64,000 bases of DNA, from assembly GCA_038087875.1 (NCBI GenBank), contig CM075996.1, positions 7,318,001-7,382,000 on the forward strand, written 5' to 3'. Origin of the DNA: Malacoraja senta. Its lineage: Eukaryota. A program made the position numbers and the translations under genes. Below, one piece after another: positions 50,995 to 64,000 of this stretch. Each line of letters opens with the position of its first letter. Position 1 is the stretch's first letter. The notes under the pieces were generated by a model. That model was not told the origin of the DNA, ran no database searches, and was given only the letters and a program-made list of their open reading frames with translations.

Positions 50995-53875
50995 AGACAA
51001 TAGGCAATAGACAATAGGTACAGGAGTAGGCCATTCGGCCCTTCGAGCCAGCACTGTCATTCAATGTGATCATGGCTGATCATCCCCAATCAGTACCCCG
51101 TTCCTGCCTTCTCCCCATATGCCCTGACTCCGCTACCTTTAAGAGCTGCATCTAACTCTCTCTTGAAAGTATCCAGAGAATCAGCCTCCACTGCCTTCTG
51201 AGGCAGAGAATTCCACAGATTCACAACTTTTTGGGTGAAAATGTTTTTCCTCATCTCCGTTCTAAATGGCTTACCCCTTATTCTTAAACTGTGGCCCCTG
51301 GTTCTGGACTCCCCCAACATCGGGAACATGTTTCCTGCCTCTAGTGTGTCCAATCCCTTAATAATCTTATATGTTTCAATAAGATATCCTCTCATCCTTC
51401 TAAATTCCAGTGTATACAAGCCCAGTCTCTCCATTCTTTCAAAATATGACAGTCTCGCCATCCCGGGGATTAACCTTGTGAATCTACGCTGCACTCCCTC
51501 AATAACAAGAATGTCCTTCCTCAAATTTGGAGACCAAAACTGCACACAATACTCCAGTTGTGGTCTCACCAGGGCCCTGTACAACTGCAGAAGGACTTCT
51601 TTGCTCCTACACTCAACTCCTCTTGTTATGAAGGCCAACATGCCATTAGCTTTCTTCACTGCCTGCTGTACCTGCATGCTTACTTTCATTGACTGATGCC
51701 ATGACAAGGACACCCAGATCTCACTGTACTTCCCCTTTTCCTAACCTGACACCATTCAGATATTAATCTGCCTTCCCGTTCTTACCACCAAAGTGGATAA
51801 CCTCACATATATGCATATTAAACTGCATCTGCCATGCATCTGCCCACTCCCCCAACCTGTCCAAGTCACTCTGCATCCTCATAGCGTCCTGGGTGGCAGT
51901 GTGAACTGCCACCCAGTTTTGCAAATTTGCAAATTTACTAATGTTACTTTTAATCCCTTCATCTAAATCATTAATGTATATTGTAAATAGCTGCGGTCCC
52001 AGCACCGAGCCTTGCGGTACCCCACTAGTCACTGCCTGCCATTCTGAAAGGGACCCGTTAATCCATACTCTTTGTTTCCTGTCTGCCAACCTATTTTCTA
52101 TGCATGTCAGTATCCTACCCCCAATACCATGTGCTCTAATTTTGCCCATTAATCTCCTGTGGGACCTTATCAAATGCTTTCTGAAAGTCCAGGTACAATA
52201 TATCCACTGGCTGTCCCTTGTCCATATTCCTAGTTACATCCTCAAAACAATCCAGAAGATTAGTCAAGCATGAGTTCCCCTTCGTAAATCCATGCTGACT
52301 CGGACCGATCCTGTTACTGCGATCCAAATGTGCGGCTATTTCATCTTTTATAATTGACTCCAGCAACTTCCCCACCACCGATGTCAGGCTAACTGGTCTA
52401 TAATTCCCTGTTTTCTCTCTCCCTCCTTTCTTAAAAAGTGGGATAACATTAGCTACCCTCCAATCCACAGGAACTGATCCTGAATCTATAGAACATTGGA
52501 AATTTATCACCAATGCATCCACGATTTCTAGAGCCACCTCCTTGAGTACCCTGGGATGCAGACCATCAGGCCCTGGGGATTTATCAGCCTTCAGTCCCAT
52601 CAGTCTACCCAACACCATTTCCTGCATAATGTGCATTCCTTCAGTTCCTCCGTCACCCTAGGTCCTCTGGCCACTAGTACATCTGGGAGGTTGTTTGTGT
52701 CTTCCTTAGTGAAGACAGATCCAAAGTACCTGTTCAACTCATCTGCCATTTCCTTGTTCCCCATAATAAATTCACCTGTTTCTGTCTTCAAGGGACCCAC
52801 ATTTGTCTTAAGTAATTTTTTTCCTCTTCACATACTTAAAGAAGCTTTTACTATCCTCCTTTATATTCTTGGCTAACTTACCTTCATACCTCTTCTTTTC
52901 TCCCCGTATTGCCTTTTTAATTATCTTCTGTTGCTCTTTAAAAGTTTCCCAATCCTCTGGCTTCCCACCCATCTTTGCTACATTGCACTTCTTCTCTTTC
53001 ATTTTTATACTGTCCTTGACTTTCTTTGTCAGCCACGGTCGCCCCTTACTCCCCTTAGAATCTTTCTTCCTCTTTGGAATGAACTGATCCTGCACCTTCT
53101 GTATTATTCCCAGAAATACCTGCCATTGTTGTTCCACTGTCATCCCTGCTAGGGTCCCTTTCCAGTCAACTTTGGCCAGCTCCTCCCTCATGCCTCCGTA
53201 GTCCCCTTTGCTCAACTGTAACACTGACACTTCCGATTTTCCCTTCTCCCTCTCAAATTGTAGATTAAAACTTCATATTATGGTCACGACCTCCTAATGG
53301 TCTCTTTACCTTGAGTTCCCTTATCAAATCCGGTTCATTACAAAACACTAAATCCAGAATTGCCTTCTTCCTGGTAGGCTCCAGTACAAACTGCTCTAAG
53401 AATCCATCACGGAGGTACTCCACAAACTCCCTTTCTTTGGGTCCATTACCAACCTGATTTTCCTAGTCTACCTGCATGTTGGAATCTCCCATAACCACCG
53501 TAGCATTACCTTTGCTACATGCCAATTCTAACTCTTGATTCAACTTGCACCCTATATCCAGGCTACTGTTTGGGGGCCTGTAGATAAGTCCCATTAGGGT
53601 CTTTTTACCCTTACAATTCCTTAGTTCTATCCATACTAACTCTACATCTCCTGTTTCTATGTCACCCCTCGCAAGGGACTGAATTTCATTCCTTACCAAT
53701 AGAGCTACCCCACCCCCGCTGCCCACATGTCTGTCTTTTCGATAGGAGGTATATCCTTGAATATTCAGTTCCCAGCCCTGGCCCCCTTGCAGCCATGTCT
53801 CTGTCATTCCCACAACATCATACTTGCCAATTTCTAAATGAGCCTCAAGCTCATCCACTTTATTTCTTATACTTT
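50995..53875 (-). mobile_element. CR1-clade LINE, near-complete ORF2 (APE endonuclease + reverse transcriptase), frameshifted
   Basis: Consecutive ORF pieces SIRNKVDELE...[98 protein letters not shown]. 3' end GGCTCGAAGGGCCGAATGGCCTACTCCT followed by a (TCTATTG)-type tail. Confidence 0.93.
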
Positions 53876-55619
53876 TCTGAAAGGGAATCATTTCGAGTTT
53901 ATAGATACAGCGTGGAAACAGGCCCTTCGGCCCACCGAGTCCGCACCGACCAGTGGTCCCCGCACATTCACACTACCCTACACACAATAGGGGCAATTTT
54001 ACATCTATACATTTATACCAAGCCAATTAAACTACAAACCTGCACGTCTTTGGAGTGTGGGAGGAAAAAGAAGATCTCGGAGAAAACCTCACGGGGAGAA
54101 CGTGTACAAACTCGGTACAGACAAGCACCCGTGGTCAGGATCGAACCCGGGTCTCTGCCCCTGTGAGGCAGCAACTATATCGCAATGCCACCGCAAAAGT
54201 CAGCTGAGGTAGAAGTATAGAGCTGCACAGCATGGAAAAAGGCCCTTCAGCCCATCTTGTCCAAGTTGGCTAACTGGCCCATTAGCCTGCATTTGACCCA
54301 TAGCCCTCTAAACATGTCCTATCCATATATCTGTCCAATTTTTACCAATATATCATATTTATATCGTAACCCTAGTGGTTAGTTTTTTTGCTCAAGTTTC
54401 CAGCATCTGCAGGCTCTTTGTGTACACAACTTTAAAGACCTCCCTCAGCCTTTTATTTGTAAGAAAACTAACCCGACCCGTTTACTTTTGGAACCTCGCC
54501 TTTCTAATTCCATCACAGTGAATCAATCTTTTGCATATGTCCTGCATGCTCTTCACAATGTAGCAACAGGAACTATGTACACATCTCACCACGCTCTAAC
54601 CACTTTCACATGCATCGTTAGTCAAATTTCTCTCTGCATTTCCACTTCTATCCCTTTGGCGATGAAATCTGACGCTTTTGGTAAAGTCAAGTTACATGTC
54701 ATTGGTTTGGTTTAGTTTAGTTTGGAGATGCAGCGCGGAAGAAGGCCCTTCGGCCCATCCAGTCCGCGCCCACCAGCGACCCCCGCACGTTAACACAATC
54801 CTACACACATTCGGGACAATTTACTTATAACAAGTGTACAATCCCAAGCCAATTGACCTACAAACCTGTACGTCTTTGGAGTGTTGGGAGGAAGCCGAAG
54901 ATCTCGGAGAAAACTCACGCAGGTCACGGGGAGAGCGTACAAACTCCGTACAGACAGCACCCGTAGTCGGGCTCGAGCCCGGGTCTCTGGCGCTGTGAGG
55001 CAGCAACTCTACCGCTGCGCCACCGTGCCGCCCCTTAAGGGCCTGTCCCACCTGGCCGTCATTTGCGCGTCACGCAGATCACTCGTTCCATGTTATCCCT
55101 CTTTCTCTTGCACTAGCACAATCCTACACACACTAGGGACCATTTACAATCTTTACCGAGGCCTGTAGGTCGTTGGAGTGTGGGAGGAAACCGGAGCACC
55201 TGGAGAAAACCCCACGTACAGACAAGCACCCGTGGTCAGGGTCGAACCCGGGTCTCTGGTGCTGTGAGGCAGCAGCTCTACCGCTGCACCACCTTTTTCT
55301 CCTCTACCCTGTCCCTTACTCCGCCCATTTGCCAATCAACCCCTGTCCCGCTCCTCAGCTGTACCTACCTATCACTTGCCAGGCTTTGCCCCACTCCCTC
55401 TTCTTGTACAGCTTTCTCCCCCCACCCCACACCCACCCCTTCCCCACTGCACACCCCCCCCCTCCACTCCATCAGTCTCAAGAAGAGTCCCGACCCATGA
55501 TGTCACCTGATCATTCCCTCCACAGATGCTGCCTGACCCGCTGAGTTACTTCAGCACTTTGTTTCTCATTCAAGATTCCAGCTTCTGCAGTTCCTTCTGT
55601 CTACAATAAAAGCAATCCT

Positions 55620-56355
55620 ACATAGAAACATAGAAAATAGGTGCAGAAGGAGGCCATTCGGCCCTTCGAGCCAGCACCGCCATTCATTGTGATCGTGGCT
55701 GATCATCCACAACCAGTACCCCGTTCCTGCCTTCTCTCCATAACCCTTGATTCCACTAGCCCCTAGAGCTCTATCTAACTCTCTTTTAAATTCATCCAGT
55801 GAATTGGCCTCCACTGCCCTCAGTAGCAGAGAATTCCACAAATTCACAACTCTCTGGGTGAAAAAGTTTTTCCTCATCACGGTTTTAAATGGCCTCCCCT
55901 TTATTCTTAGCCTGTGGCCCCTGGTTCTGGACTCGCCCAACATTGGGAACATTTTTCCTGCATCCAGCTCGTCCAGTCCTTTTATAATTGTATACGTTTC
56001 TATAAGAACCCCCCTCATCCTAAATTCCAGTGAATACAAGCCCAGTCTTTCCAATCTTTCCTCATATGACAGTCCCGCCATCCCGGGGATTAACCTGGTG
56101 AACCTACGCTGCACTGCCTCAATCGCCAGGATGTCCTTCCTCAAATCTGGAGACCAAAACTGCACACAATACTCCAGATGTGGTCTCACCAGGGCCCTGT
56201 ACAACTGCAGAAGGACCTCTTTACTCCTATACTCAAATCCTCTTGTTATGAAGGCCAACATGCCATTAGCTTTCTTCACTGCCTGCTGTACCTGCATGTT
56301 TACTTTCAGTGACTGGTGTACAAGGACACCCAGGTCTCGTTGCATCTCCCCTTTT
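55620..56355 (-). mobile_element. CR1 LINE 3' fragment
   Basis: RDLGVLVHQSLK...[13 protein letters not shown]...NLWNSL and a (TTCTATGT)n tail. Confidence 0.9.
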
Positions 56356-56792
56356 TCCTGATCTCTGATACTCTGTTTCCTTGTTCTTGCCGCCAAAGTG
56401 CATATCACCATATAACACTTTCGACTGCACTGTAGCAATGCAAATCTTTAAATATTTTCTTTATTTCCTTTCTCTTTCTCTCATTCTTTCCTTCTCTTTT
56501 ATTTTCTTTCCCTCCTTTTTCCCATTTCTCTTTCACACTTGTTCTTCCCCCCCCCCCCCATTCTTTTTGTTTGGAGATACAGCGCGGAAACAGGGGAGAG
56601 CGTACAAACTCCACACAGGCAGCACCCGTTGGCGGGGATCGAACCTGGGTCTCTGGCGCTGTGAGGTGGCGACTCGACCACCCCCATTCTCTGTTCTTAC
56701 TCTTTGGCTTTTAACTCATTTCTGTTCCTCGTTTTTCTCGTTCGTTGTTTTGTTTGCAGCGTTCTCCGGCGAACGCCAACCGAGGGTCGGGA

Positions 56793-56905
56793 AGGGGAGG
56801 AGGGGAGGAGGGGAGGAGGGGAGGAGGGGAGGAGGGGAGGAGGGGAGGAGGGGAGGAGAGGAGGAGGGGAGGAGGGGAGGAGGGGAGGAGGGGAGGAGAG
56901 GAGGA
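56793..56905. repeat. Polypurine (GGAGGAGG)n low-complexity tract
   Basis: Directly visible. Confidence 0.92.
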
Positions 56906-58128
56906 GAAATGTTATTTAAACATTGTGTTCAGTGGGGGGAGTGAGACAGGAGAGAAGTGGGGGAGAAGGGAGATAGATGTGGAGGAGGGGGGCAGGGAGT
57001 GGAGAGGGGTGATGGAGGGAGGGATGGAGTGACTGAGGGTGGGGGAAAGGAGAGGTGAGGGAGGAGAGGGGAGAGAACTCAGTGGGTGAGGCAGCATCTC
57101 TGGAGAGAAGGAATGGGCGACGTTTCAGGTCGAGACCCTTCTCCAGACTGATGCCAGGGGAGGGGGGCAGGACAAAGATAGAAGATAAGGCAATAACGTT
57201 TGGTGCGAGGTAAAGGCAGTAAAGTTCAATCAAAGACAGTGCGAGGGTCACCAATGAGGTAGATGGAGGCTCAGGACTGCTCTCTAGTTGTGGTGGGATG
57301 GTTCAGTTGCCTGGGTGTCCATCTACCATGACCAGTGAGTCTCTGCAGGTGGTGAAAGAAGGGCAAAGAGTTGGGAGGGATGTGGTGGACAGGGTGGGGT
57401 GGGGTGGGGGCAGTAAGATTTACGATACTGATTCTTACTGAGTCTGAAGGAGGGTTTCGGCCCGAAACGTTACCTATTTCCTTCGCTCCATAGATGCTGC
57501 TGCACCCGCTGAGTTTCTCCAGCATTTTTGTGTACCTAAGATTTACGATACGATGCGATAGAACGTTATTTATTCCAGGATGGAAATTGGTCAGCGGTGG
57601 AGTTGCTGCCTTACAGCGCTTGCAGCGCCAGAGACCCGGGTTCCATCCCGACTACGGGTGCCGCCTGTACAGCGTTTGTACCTACTCCCTGTGACCTGCG
57701 TGGGTTTCCTCCCACACTCCAAAGACGTACAGTACAGGTTTGTGGGTTAATTGGCTTGGTGTATGTGTCAATTGTCCCTAGTGTGTGTAGGGCAGTGTTA
57801 ATGTGCGGGGGGTCGCTGGCCGGCGCGGACTCGGTGGGCTGTATCTCTAAACTAAAACTAAACTAAAAAACAGTCATAAAGCTCAACAAGGTACATAAAA
57901 TGTGAAATTAAAGTGACGAGTGGAAAGTCCAGGATTGGGCACGTGCAGCGATTGGGGAGGTGGGGGGGGCCAGGCTAACCCACGACAGTAGTGGGAGGTG
58001 TTGGACAGTTTGATGGCCGCAGGGAAGAAGGATCTCCTGTGGCGTTGTGTGTGCTGCAGACTTGGCCATCAATGGTGGACCCCCAACTCTTTGTGGATTT
58101 TGGGGAGAGGAGAGAGCCCCTTACCTGC

Positions 58129-58557
58129 TCACTCGATGCCCAGCCAGCCCTTGTAGGCGGTGAAGTCCTGCTCGGAGGAGATGGAATCACCGGAGGTGTC
58201 TCCGCAGGAGGAGGTGGGGGATGCGGAGGCTGAGCCGGTGGTGGAGGTGGGGGGGCGTTGCTTGCCCCCGGGTCCCTGCTCCCTCAGGAGGACCTCCAGC
58301 CTGCGGATGTAGTCGACGGCTGAGCGCAGGGTGTCCACCTTGCTCATCCTCTTGCCCGCCCCGCCCTGTGGCACGTGACGCTGCAGGTTGCTGAAGCCCA
58401 GGTTGACCATCTTCACCCGGTTCCTCTCCCGCTCGTTTCGCCGCGAGTTGGAGACGGAGTCCGGCGAGCTCTGGCGGCGGCCCCCCGCCGCCGGCTTCCC
58501 CTCCCCCCCGGCTCGGGGGGCTTCGGCCCGCAGCGCCGGCGAGCGCGGCTCTTCCAT
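58129..58557 (-). CDS. Achaete-scute family bHLH transcription factor, ASCL1/ASCL2 class (142 aa from ATG 58557; in-frame upstream ATG at 58716 gives 195 aa)
   Basis: b[56 protein letters not shown], Ser/Pro-rich tail and terminal EQDF...WLG motif. gcgATGg Kozak context. Splice donor CAG|gtaagg 4 nt after the stop, matching the 3'UTR intron of ASCL1/ASCL2 genes. Confidence 0.9.
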   Translation of the reverse strand: MEEPRSPALRAEAPRAGGEGKPAAGGRRQSSPDSVSNSRRNERERNRVKMVNLGFSNLQRHVPQGGAGKRMSKVDTLRSAVDYIRRLEVLLREQGPGGKQRPPTSTTGSASASPTSSCGDTSGDSISSEQDFTAYKGWLGIE

Positions 58558-61500
58558 CGCCTGCCCCAGGCCCCCAGCGCCCAGCGGCACCTCCGCCAGC
58601 AGCAGCTCCCTCTCCGACAGCTCCCTCTCTGCCCCAGCACTTCCTGCATCCCAGGCAGACACTGGCTGGCTGCTTCCACGCCCTCCACAAAGCCAGTCGA
58701 GACCTGCCCGTCTCATTGCTCTCCGCTCCCTCCCTCCCTCCCTCACTCACACACTCCCTCCTTCCCCACAGAGAGAGTCTCTGTCAGTTGATCAGCCGCA
58801 TCCTCCCTGCAGCCACCAGCCTCTTGTTAACCTTCGCTCTGCCATCGCGCTCTCTCCCCCCCCTCACGTCCTCACACCACCCACCCCTCTTCTGCACCAC
58901 TAGCCCCTCGCGGTGGGCACAGCGGGTAGAGCTGCTGCCTCACAGCGCTGGAGGGGCCTGGGTTCGATCCTGACCGCGGGTGCTGCCTGTGCGGAGTTCG
59001 CACGCTCTCTCAGACGTCACTCTGCATGAATACAATCAAGCCAAACTCCGGTGCAACAGACAGAGAGAGGTAAAGGTTAAGATACAGAGTGCGGCATATC
59101 GTGCTCAGCACCGCAGCACCTCACTGTAGAGGGACGATGAGGTGGAATCATTGTGTCGAACATCAACACTGGTGATTATATCAGGAGGTAGTAGGGGGGG
59201 GGCGGCAAGGTGGCGCAGCGGGAGAGTCACTGCCTCACAGCGCCAGAGACCCGGGTTCGATCCCGACTACGGGTGCTGCCTGTACAGAGTTTGTACGTTC
59301 CCCCTGTGACCTGCGTGGGTTTTCTCCGGGTGCTCCAGTTTCTTCCCACACTCCAAAGACGTCCAGGTTTGTCTGTAGGTCTGAAGAAGGGTTTCGTCCC
59401 GAAACGTTGCCTATTTCCTTCGCTCCATAGACGCTGCCGCACCCGCTGAGTTTCTCCAGCATTTTTGTCCACCTTGTCTGCAGGTTAATAGGCTTTGGTA
59501 AAAATTGTAAGTTGCCCCTAATGTGTGGGATAGTGCTAGTGGGCTGGTCGGCGTGGATTCGGTGGGCCGAAGGGCCTCTTACCGTCGTGCTGTATCTCTA
59601 AAGTCTCAAGGCAAAAGTTTATTCGTTCAAGTCCCACTGTAAACAATCGAGGTGGAGATGTCCAAGACTAAAGCGCACGCCTCTAAAGTGAGAGGAGGAA
59701 AAGTTTAAAGGAGATGTGCGGCCTAGGTATTTCTTTACAGAGAGGAGCCTAGAACACACTGACAGGGGTGGTGGTGGAGGCAGACACGATAGTGGCGTTT
59801 AACAGTTTAGTTTCGTGAAACAGCGTGGAAACAGGCCCTTCGGCCCACCGGATCGGCACCAACCAGCGATCCCCGCACATTAACACACTGGGGACAATTT
59901 TCACATTTACCCAAACCAAGTTACCTACAGACCTGTACGTCTTTGGAGTGTTTTTTGGCTTTTAATAGACGCACGGGTAAGCAGTGAATGGATGCGTATG
60001 GATCATGTGCAGACTGAGAAGATCAATTTAGCTTGGATTCTTGTTCGACACGGACATTGTGGGCCGAAGGGCCTGTTCTATGGCTCCATGCTGGGTAAGA
60101 AATGAAAATCAATGAAACTGAAGGAGCTGGTAACCTGCTACCGACCTGAAATGTTAATGTTCAGAAGAAGGGTCTCAACCTGAAACGTCATCTATCCATA
60201 TTCTCCAGAGATGCTGCCTGACCCACTGAGTTACTCCAGCACTCTGTGTCCTTGGACTCATGGAGATATATACTGCTGCCTGACCCACTGGGTGTTGCCA
60301 GCTTTTTACCCGAGCACTAACGCCAGGCTCATTCTCCGGTGTGGGAAGGAACTGCAGATGCTGGTTTACACTGAAGATAAGACACAAAATGCTGGAGTAA
60401 CTCAGCGGGTCAGGGCAGTGGGAGAAAACGAATGGGTGAGTGGGTCGAGACCCTTCTTCAGACAGGGTTCTATCTCTCTCATTCTCCGGGGCCGTACTAA
60501 TGGAGTGCAGCAGTGTCGTGAAAGCTCACTTTCAGACAAGCCATTAAACTGTCTTGCTCTAAGCCAACTCAGGGTGCTGGGCTGAACAGGAGCAAGGTGC
60601 GGAAACACTCAGCAGGTCGGGCAGCACCTGTGGAAAGAGAAGCGGAACTGACGAAGGGTCTTCAAACTGAATCATCTCTTTCCACAGATGCTGCCTGCCC
60701 AGCTGGGTGTTTCCACCACTTTCCTCGTTTAATTCCTACTTCAAGCATCAAGCGTCATCAGTTACATTGACTCCATCTGCAACCTCACGCTGCCTCCGCA
60801 AGGGCAGCAGCATAATCGAGGACCAGCCTCACCCCCGGTCACTCCCTCTTCCCCCCTCTCCCGTCAGGCAAGAGGTACAGAAGCGTGAAACGGCACACCT
60901 CCAGATTCAGGGACAGTTTCTTCCCGGGCAACTGAACCACGGTCGACAGAGCCCGCGGCTGGGGCCTGGGTTGGCGGTACGGTGGCGTCCGGAGAGGACC
61001 CGGAGGCCATAGTGGCGAGGTCAGCGCAGCGGTCGACGATGGCGCCGACCGACGGGGCGAGGACGGACCACGTGGAAGTGAGGGCGCCGCTGCCGGGGGG
61101 AAGGAACTATGGAGGACCCGGCATGGGGGGACCGCCGTGAGGGTGGGGCGAGGGGGGGCCTGCTGCAGGATACTTTTGTAACTTTGTCTGTGCCCTTTAT
61201 GTAGCCACTATTTGCATACCTTGGGTGCGCAAGCAAAGAATTTCACTGTGACTTGTCACAGATGATTGAATGGTGGAGGTAGGCTTGATGGGCCGAATGG
61301 CCTAATTCTGCGCCTATCACATATGACAAAGCAATCATTCACTCATCCATCCCACCACCAACTAGAGAGCGGTCCTGACCTCCAATCTACCTCATTGGAC
61401 ACACTTGGACAATCTTTACTCGGACTTTAGTGAACGTTATCTTGCACTAACATTATGCCCTTTATCACGTGTCTGTACACTGTGGGCGGCTTGATTGTAA

Positions 61501-64000
61501 TCATGTATAATCTTTCCACTGACTGGATAGCAGTGTTTCATTGTACTTTTGTTACACGTACTGGATCTGGGATGCTGATCTACGATGTATCTAAGTATAG
61601 TGATACTTGTATTGAACTGTACACAATAAGGACGTTCACTGTACCTCGGTACACGTGACAATAAACTCAACTCAACTAAACAAACAAAACTAAGGAGCAA
61701 AATAAGTGATAGGAGCAAATTTAGGCCATTCGGCCCATCAAATCTACTCCACCATTCAATCGTGGCCAGAGGGAGAAGCGATACCCATGTCGGGGCGGCC
61801 CGGCCCGGGGGAGGTTCGGCGCCCATGTCGGGGCGGCCCAGCCCGAGGCTGAAGACGGCACGGTACTCACGTGAGGGTGGCTGGGACGGTGTTCTGGCGG
61901 TGGTGGCCTGAGTCCGGGGTTCGGCCGCGGGCCAGCGGCTGCGTCTGCAGGACTGGTGGGCGACAGCTTCGACCACCCCGGGCCGCGGTGTTTGAGCCGC
62001 GGGACTGATTTATAACATCGCCCGGGGGGTATCGCCTCAGCGCAGAGGGAGAAGAGGAGGGAAGAGACTGCAGACCGAAGACTTTTGCCTCCATCACAGT
62101 GAGGGGATGCTGGGTGGACTCACTGTGGTGGATGTTAATATGTGTTTATTGTTGTTTTTATTGTATTATATGTATGACTGCTGCAATTTCGTCCAGACTT
62201 CGGTCTGAACGACAATAAAGGCATATCTATCTATCTATCTATCCCTCCTAACCCCATTCTCCTGCCTTCTCCCCATAACCCCGTACTAATCAAGAATCTA
62301 TCTCAGCCTTAATAAAATATCCATTGACTTGGCCTCCACAGCCGTCTGTGGCAAAGAATTCCACAGATTCACCACCCTCTGGCTAAAGAAATTCCTCCTC
62401 ATCTCCTTCGTAAAGGAATTCTGAGGCTTTGACCTCTGGTCTGAGAATCTCCCACTATGCATCCTCTCCACATCCACCCTATCCAAGCCTTTCACTATTC
62501 GGTAAGTTTCTATGAGGTTCCCTCCCTCATCCTTTTAAACTCCAGCGAGTACAGGCCCAGTGCCGTCAAAACGCTGAACTAAACTACAGCTTGGTTCAAG
62601 AGCAGGGGACTTTTCCGCAGTGCCCAAGGGCCAACATTTATCATTCATCTAAGATCACTGACTCGAGATATCTGCTTGCTTTCTCACCGCTGTTTGTGGT
62701 GTGTGCCGTGTACAAATTGGTTACAAGCTAAAACAAAATAGCTCGTTACCTTGCAAATTGCTTTAGGACAAACATAAAATGTTTTTTTTAAAAGAAACAC
62801 GAGCTGCCTTTCTTTCCTATTTGTCTTGGCTTTGTGGAGAGCTCTCTTACACCTTTATCAATCCTAAACAGCATGTATTGGTCACACACGAGGGACAATT
62901 TACAATATTTCCAAGCCAATTAACCTACAAATCTGCGCGTCTTTGGAGTGTGGGAAGAAACCGGAGCCCCCGGAAAAAACCCACCCGGGTCACGAGGAGA
63001 ACGTACAAACTCCGTACAGACAGCACCCGTGGTCAGGATCGAACCCGGGTCTCTGGCGCTGTGAGGCAGCAGCTCTACCCGCCGCTGTGCCACCGTGCCG
63101 CCCTTGATAAGGAGGATTAATAATAAGAGAGGTGATGCCATCTCCCCGGCCCGACACCATCCCTGGGACACCTGGACAAGGGAGACAGCTGCTATCATAG
63201 ACTCCTTCTACAGTTACACAGAGCTCTAGTGAGACCACACCTGGAGTATTGTGTGCAGTTTTGGTCCCCTAATTTGAGGAAGGACATTCTTGCTATTGAG
63301 GGAGTGCAGGGTAGGTTTACAAGGTTAATTCCTGGGATGGCGGGACTGTCATATGCTGAGAGTGGAGCAGCTGGGCTTGTATACTCTGGAGTTTAGAAGG
63401 ATGAGAGGGCATCTCATTGAAACATATAAGATTGTTAAGGGTTTGGACACGCTAGAGGCAGGAAACATGTTCCCGATGTTGGGGGAGTCCAGAACCAGGG
63501 GCCACAGTTTAAGAATAAGGAGTAAGCCATTTAGAACGGAGACGAGGAAACACTTTTTCTCACAGAGAATGGTGAGTCTGTGGAATTCTCTGCCTCAGAG
63601 GGCGGTGGAGGCCGGTTCTCTGGATGCTTTCAAGAGAGAGCTAGATAGGGCTCTTAAAAATAGCGGAGTCAGGGGATATGGGGAGAAGGCAGGAACGGGG
63701 TCCGGCCCCCGCCTCACCCGTCCCGACGTAGTGCAGCCCATGGAGCGCAGCAGCAGCGCCTCGCCTGTGGCCCCGTCGGTCGGTCGGCAGCCTGGCCAGC
63801 TGTCCGACCTTCGGACCTTTGCTTGCCGCCGACACCACCACCCCTCCTTCTCATAGCCGATCATCGGTTCATGAGTTGGATGGGGTGCCGGACTTTGCAC
63901 ACGGCGTCGCGCAGCCCGGGCCAAAACTCCTCAGCTGACCCGCCGGCTGGGCATTGTGTGCAGTCCAGCATCCGGGCCAACTCATCATTCACCCAGCCAC

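Noticed and set aside
56381..57032. RGG/Glu-rich ORFs
   Set aside because: They are translations of a polypurine tract and SINE fragments.

Overview
This is repeat-dense vertebrate genomic DNA. The HE1-type V-SINE / CR1 / Penelope landscape points to a cartilaginous fish, most likely a skate or ray (inference). The left half carries the 5' part of a SCAF1 (SR-related CTD-associated factor 1) gene on the + strand. Seven phase-compatible coding exons can be reconstructed (8966-30248), including a 4.1-kb RS-rich exon with two compensating 1-nt frameshifts in homopolymer runs. I could not find the 3' exons (MEEANLAS... and SRI-like C-terminus) anywhere in the window; a 200-N gap lies at 34957-35156. 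The right half carries a single-coding-exon achaete-scute (ASCL1/ASCL2-class) bHLH gene on the - strand, followed downstream by a chain of apparently non-coding - strand exons. Most remaining sequence is mobile DNA: CR1 LINEs, V-SINEs, Penelope-like elements and short derivatives with a minimal hammerhead-ribozyme motif, PIF/Harbinger MITEs, a Tigger/MER47-like MITE, an internally deleted RTE, and Rex1, L1 and Tx1 fragments. The most interesting signals are the hammerhead-bearing short Penelope derivatives (often in inverted pairs), the Ascl paralogue next to SCAF1, a ~70-bp intronic duplex beside a SCAF1 exon, and a 20-bp minisatellite born from a CR1 reverse-transcriptase motif. No searches were run; all family assignments come from recognising the sequence.
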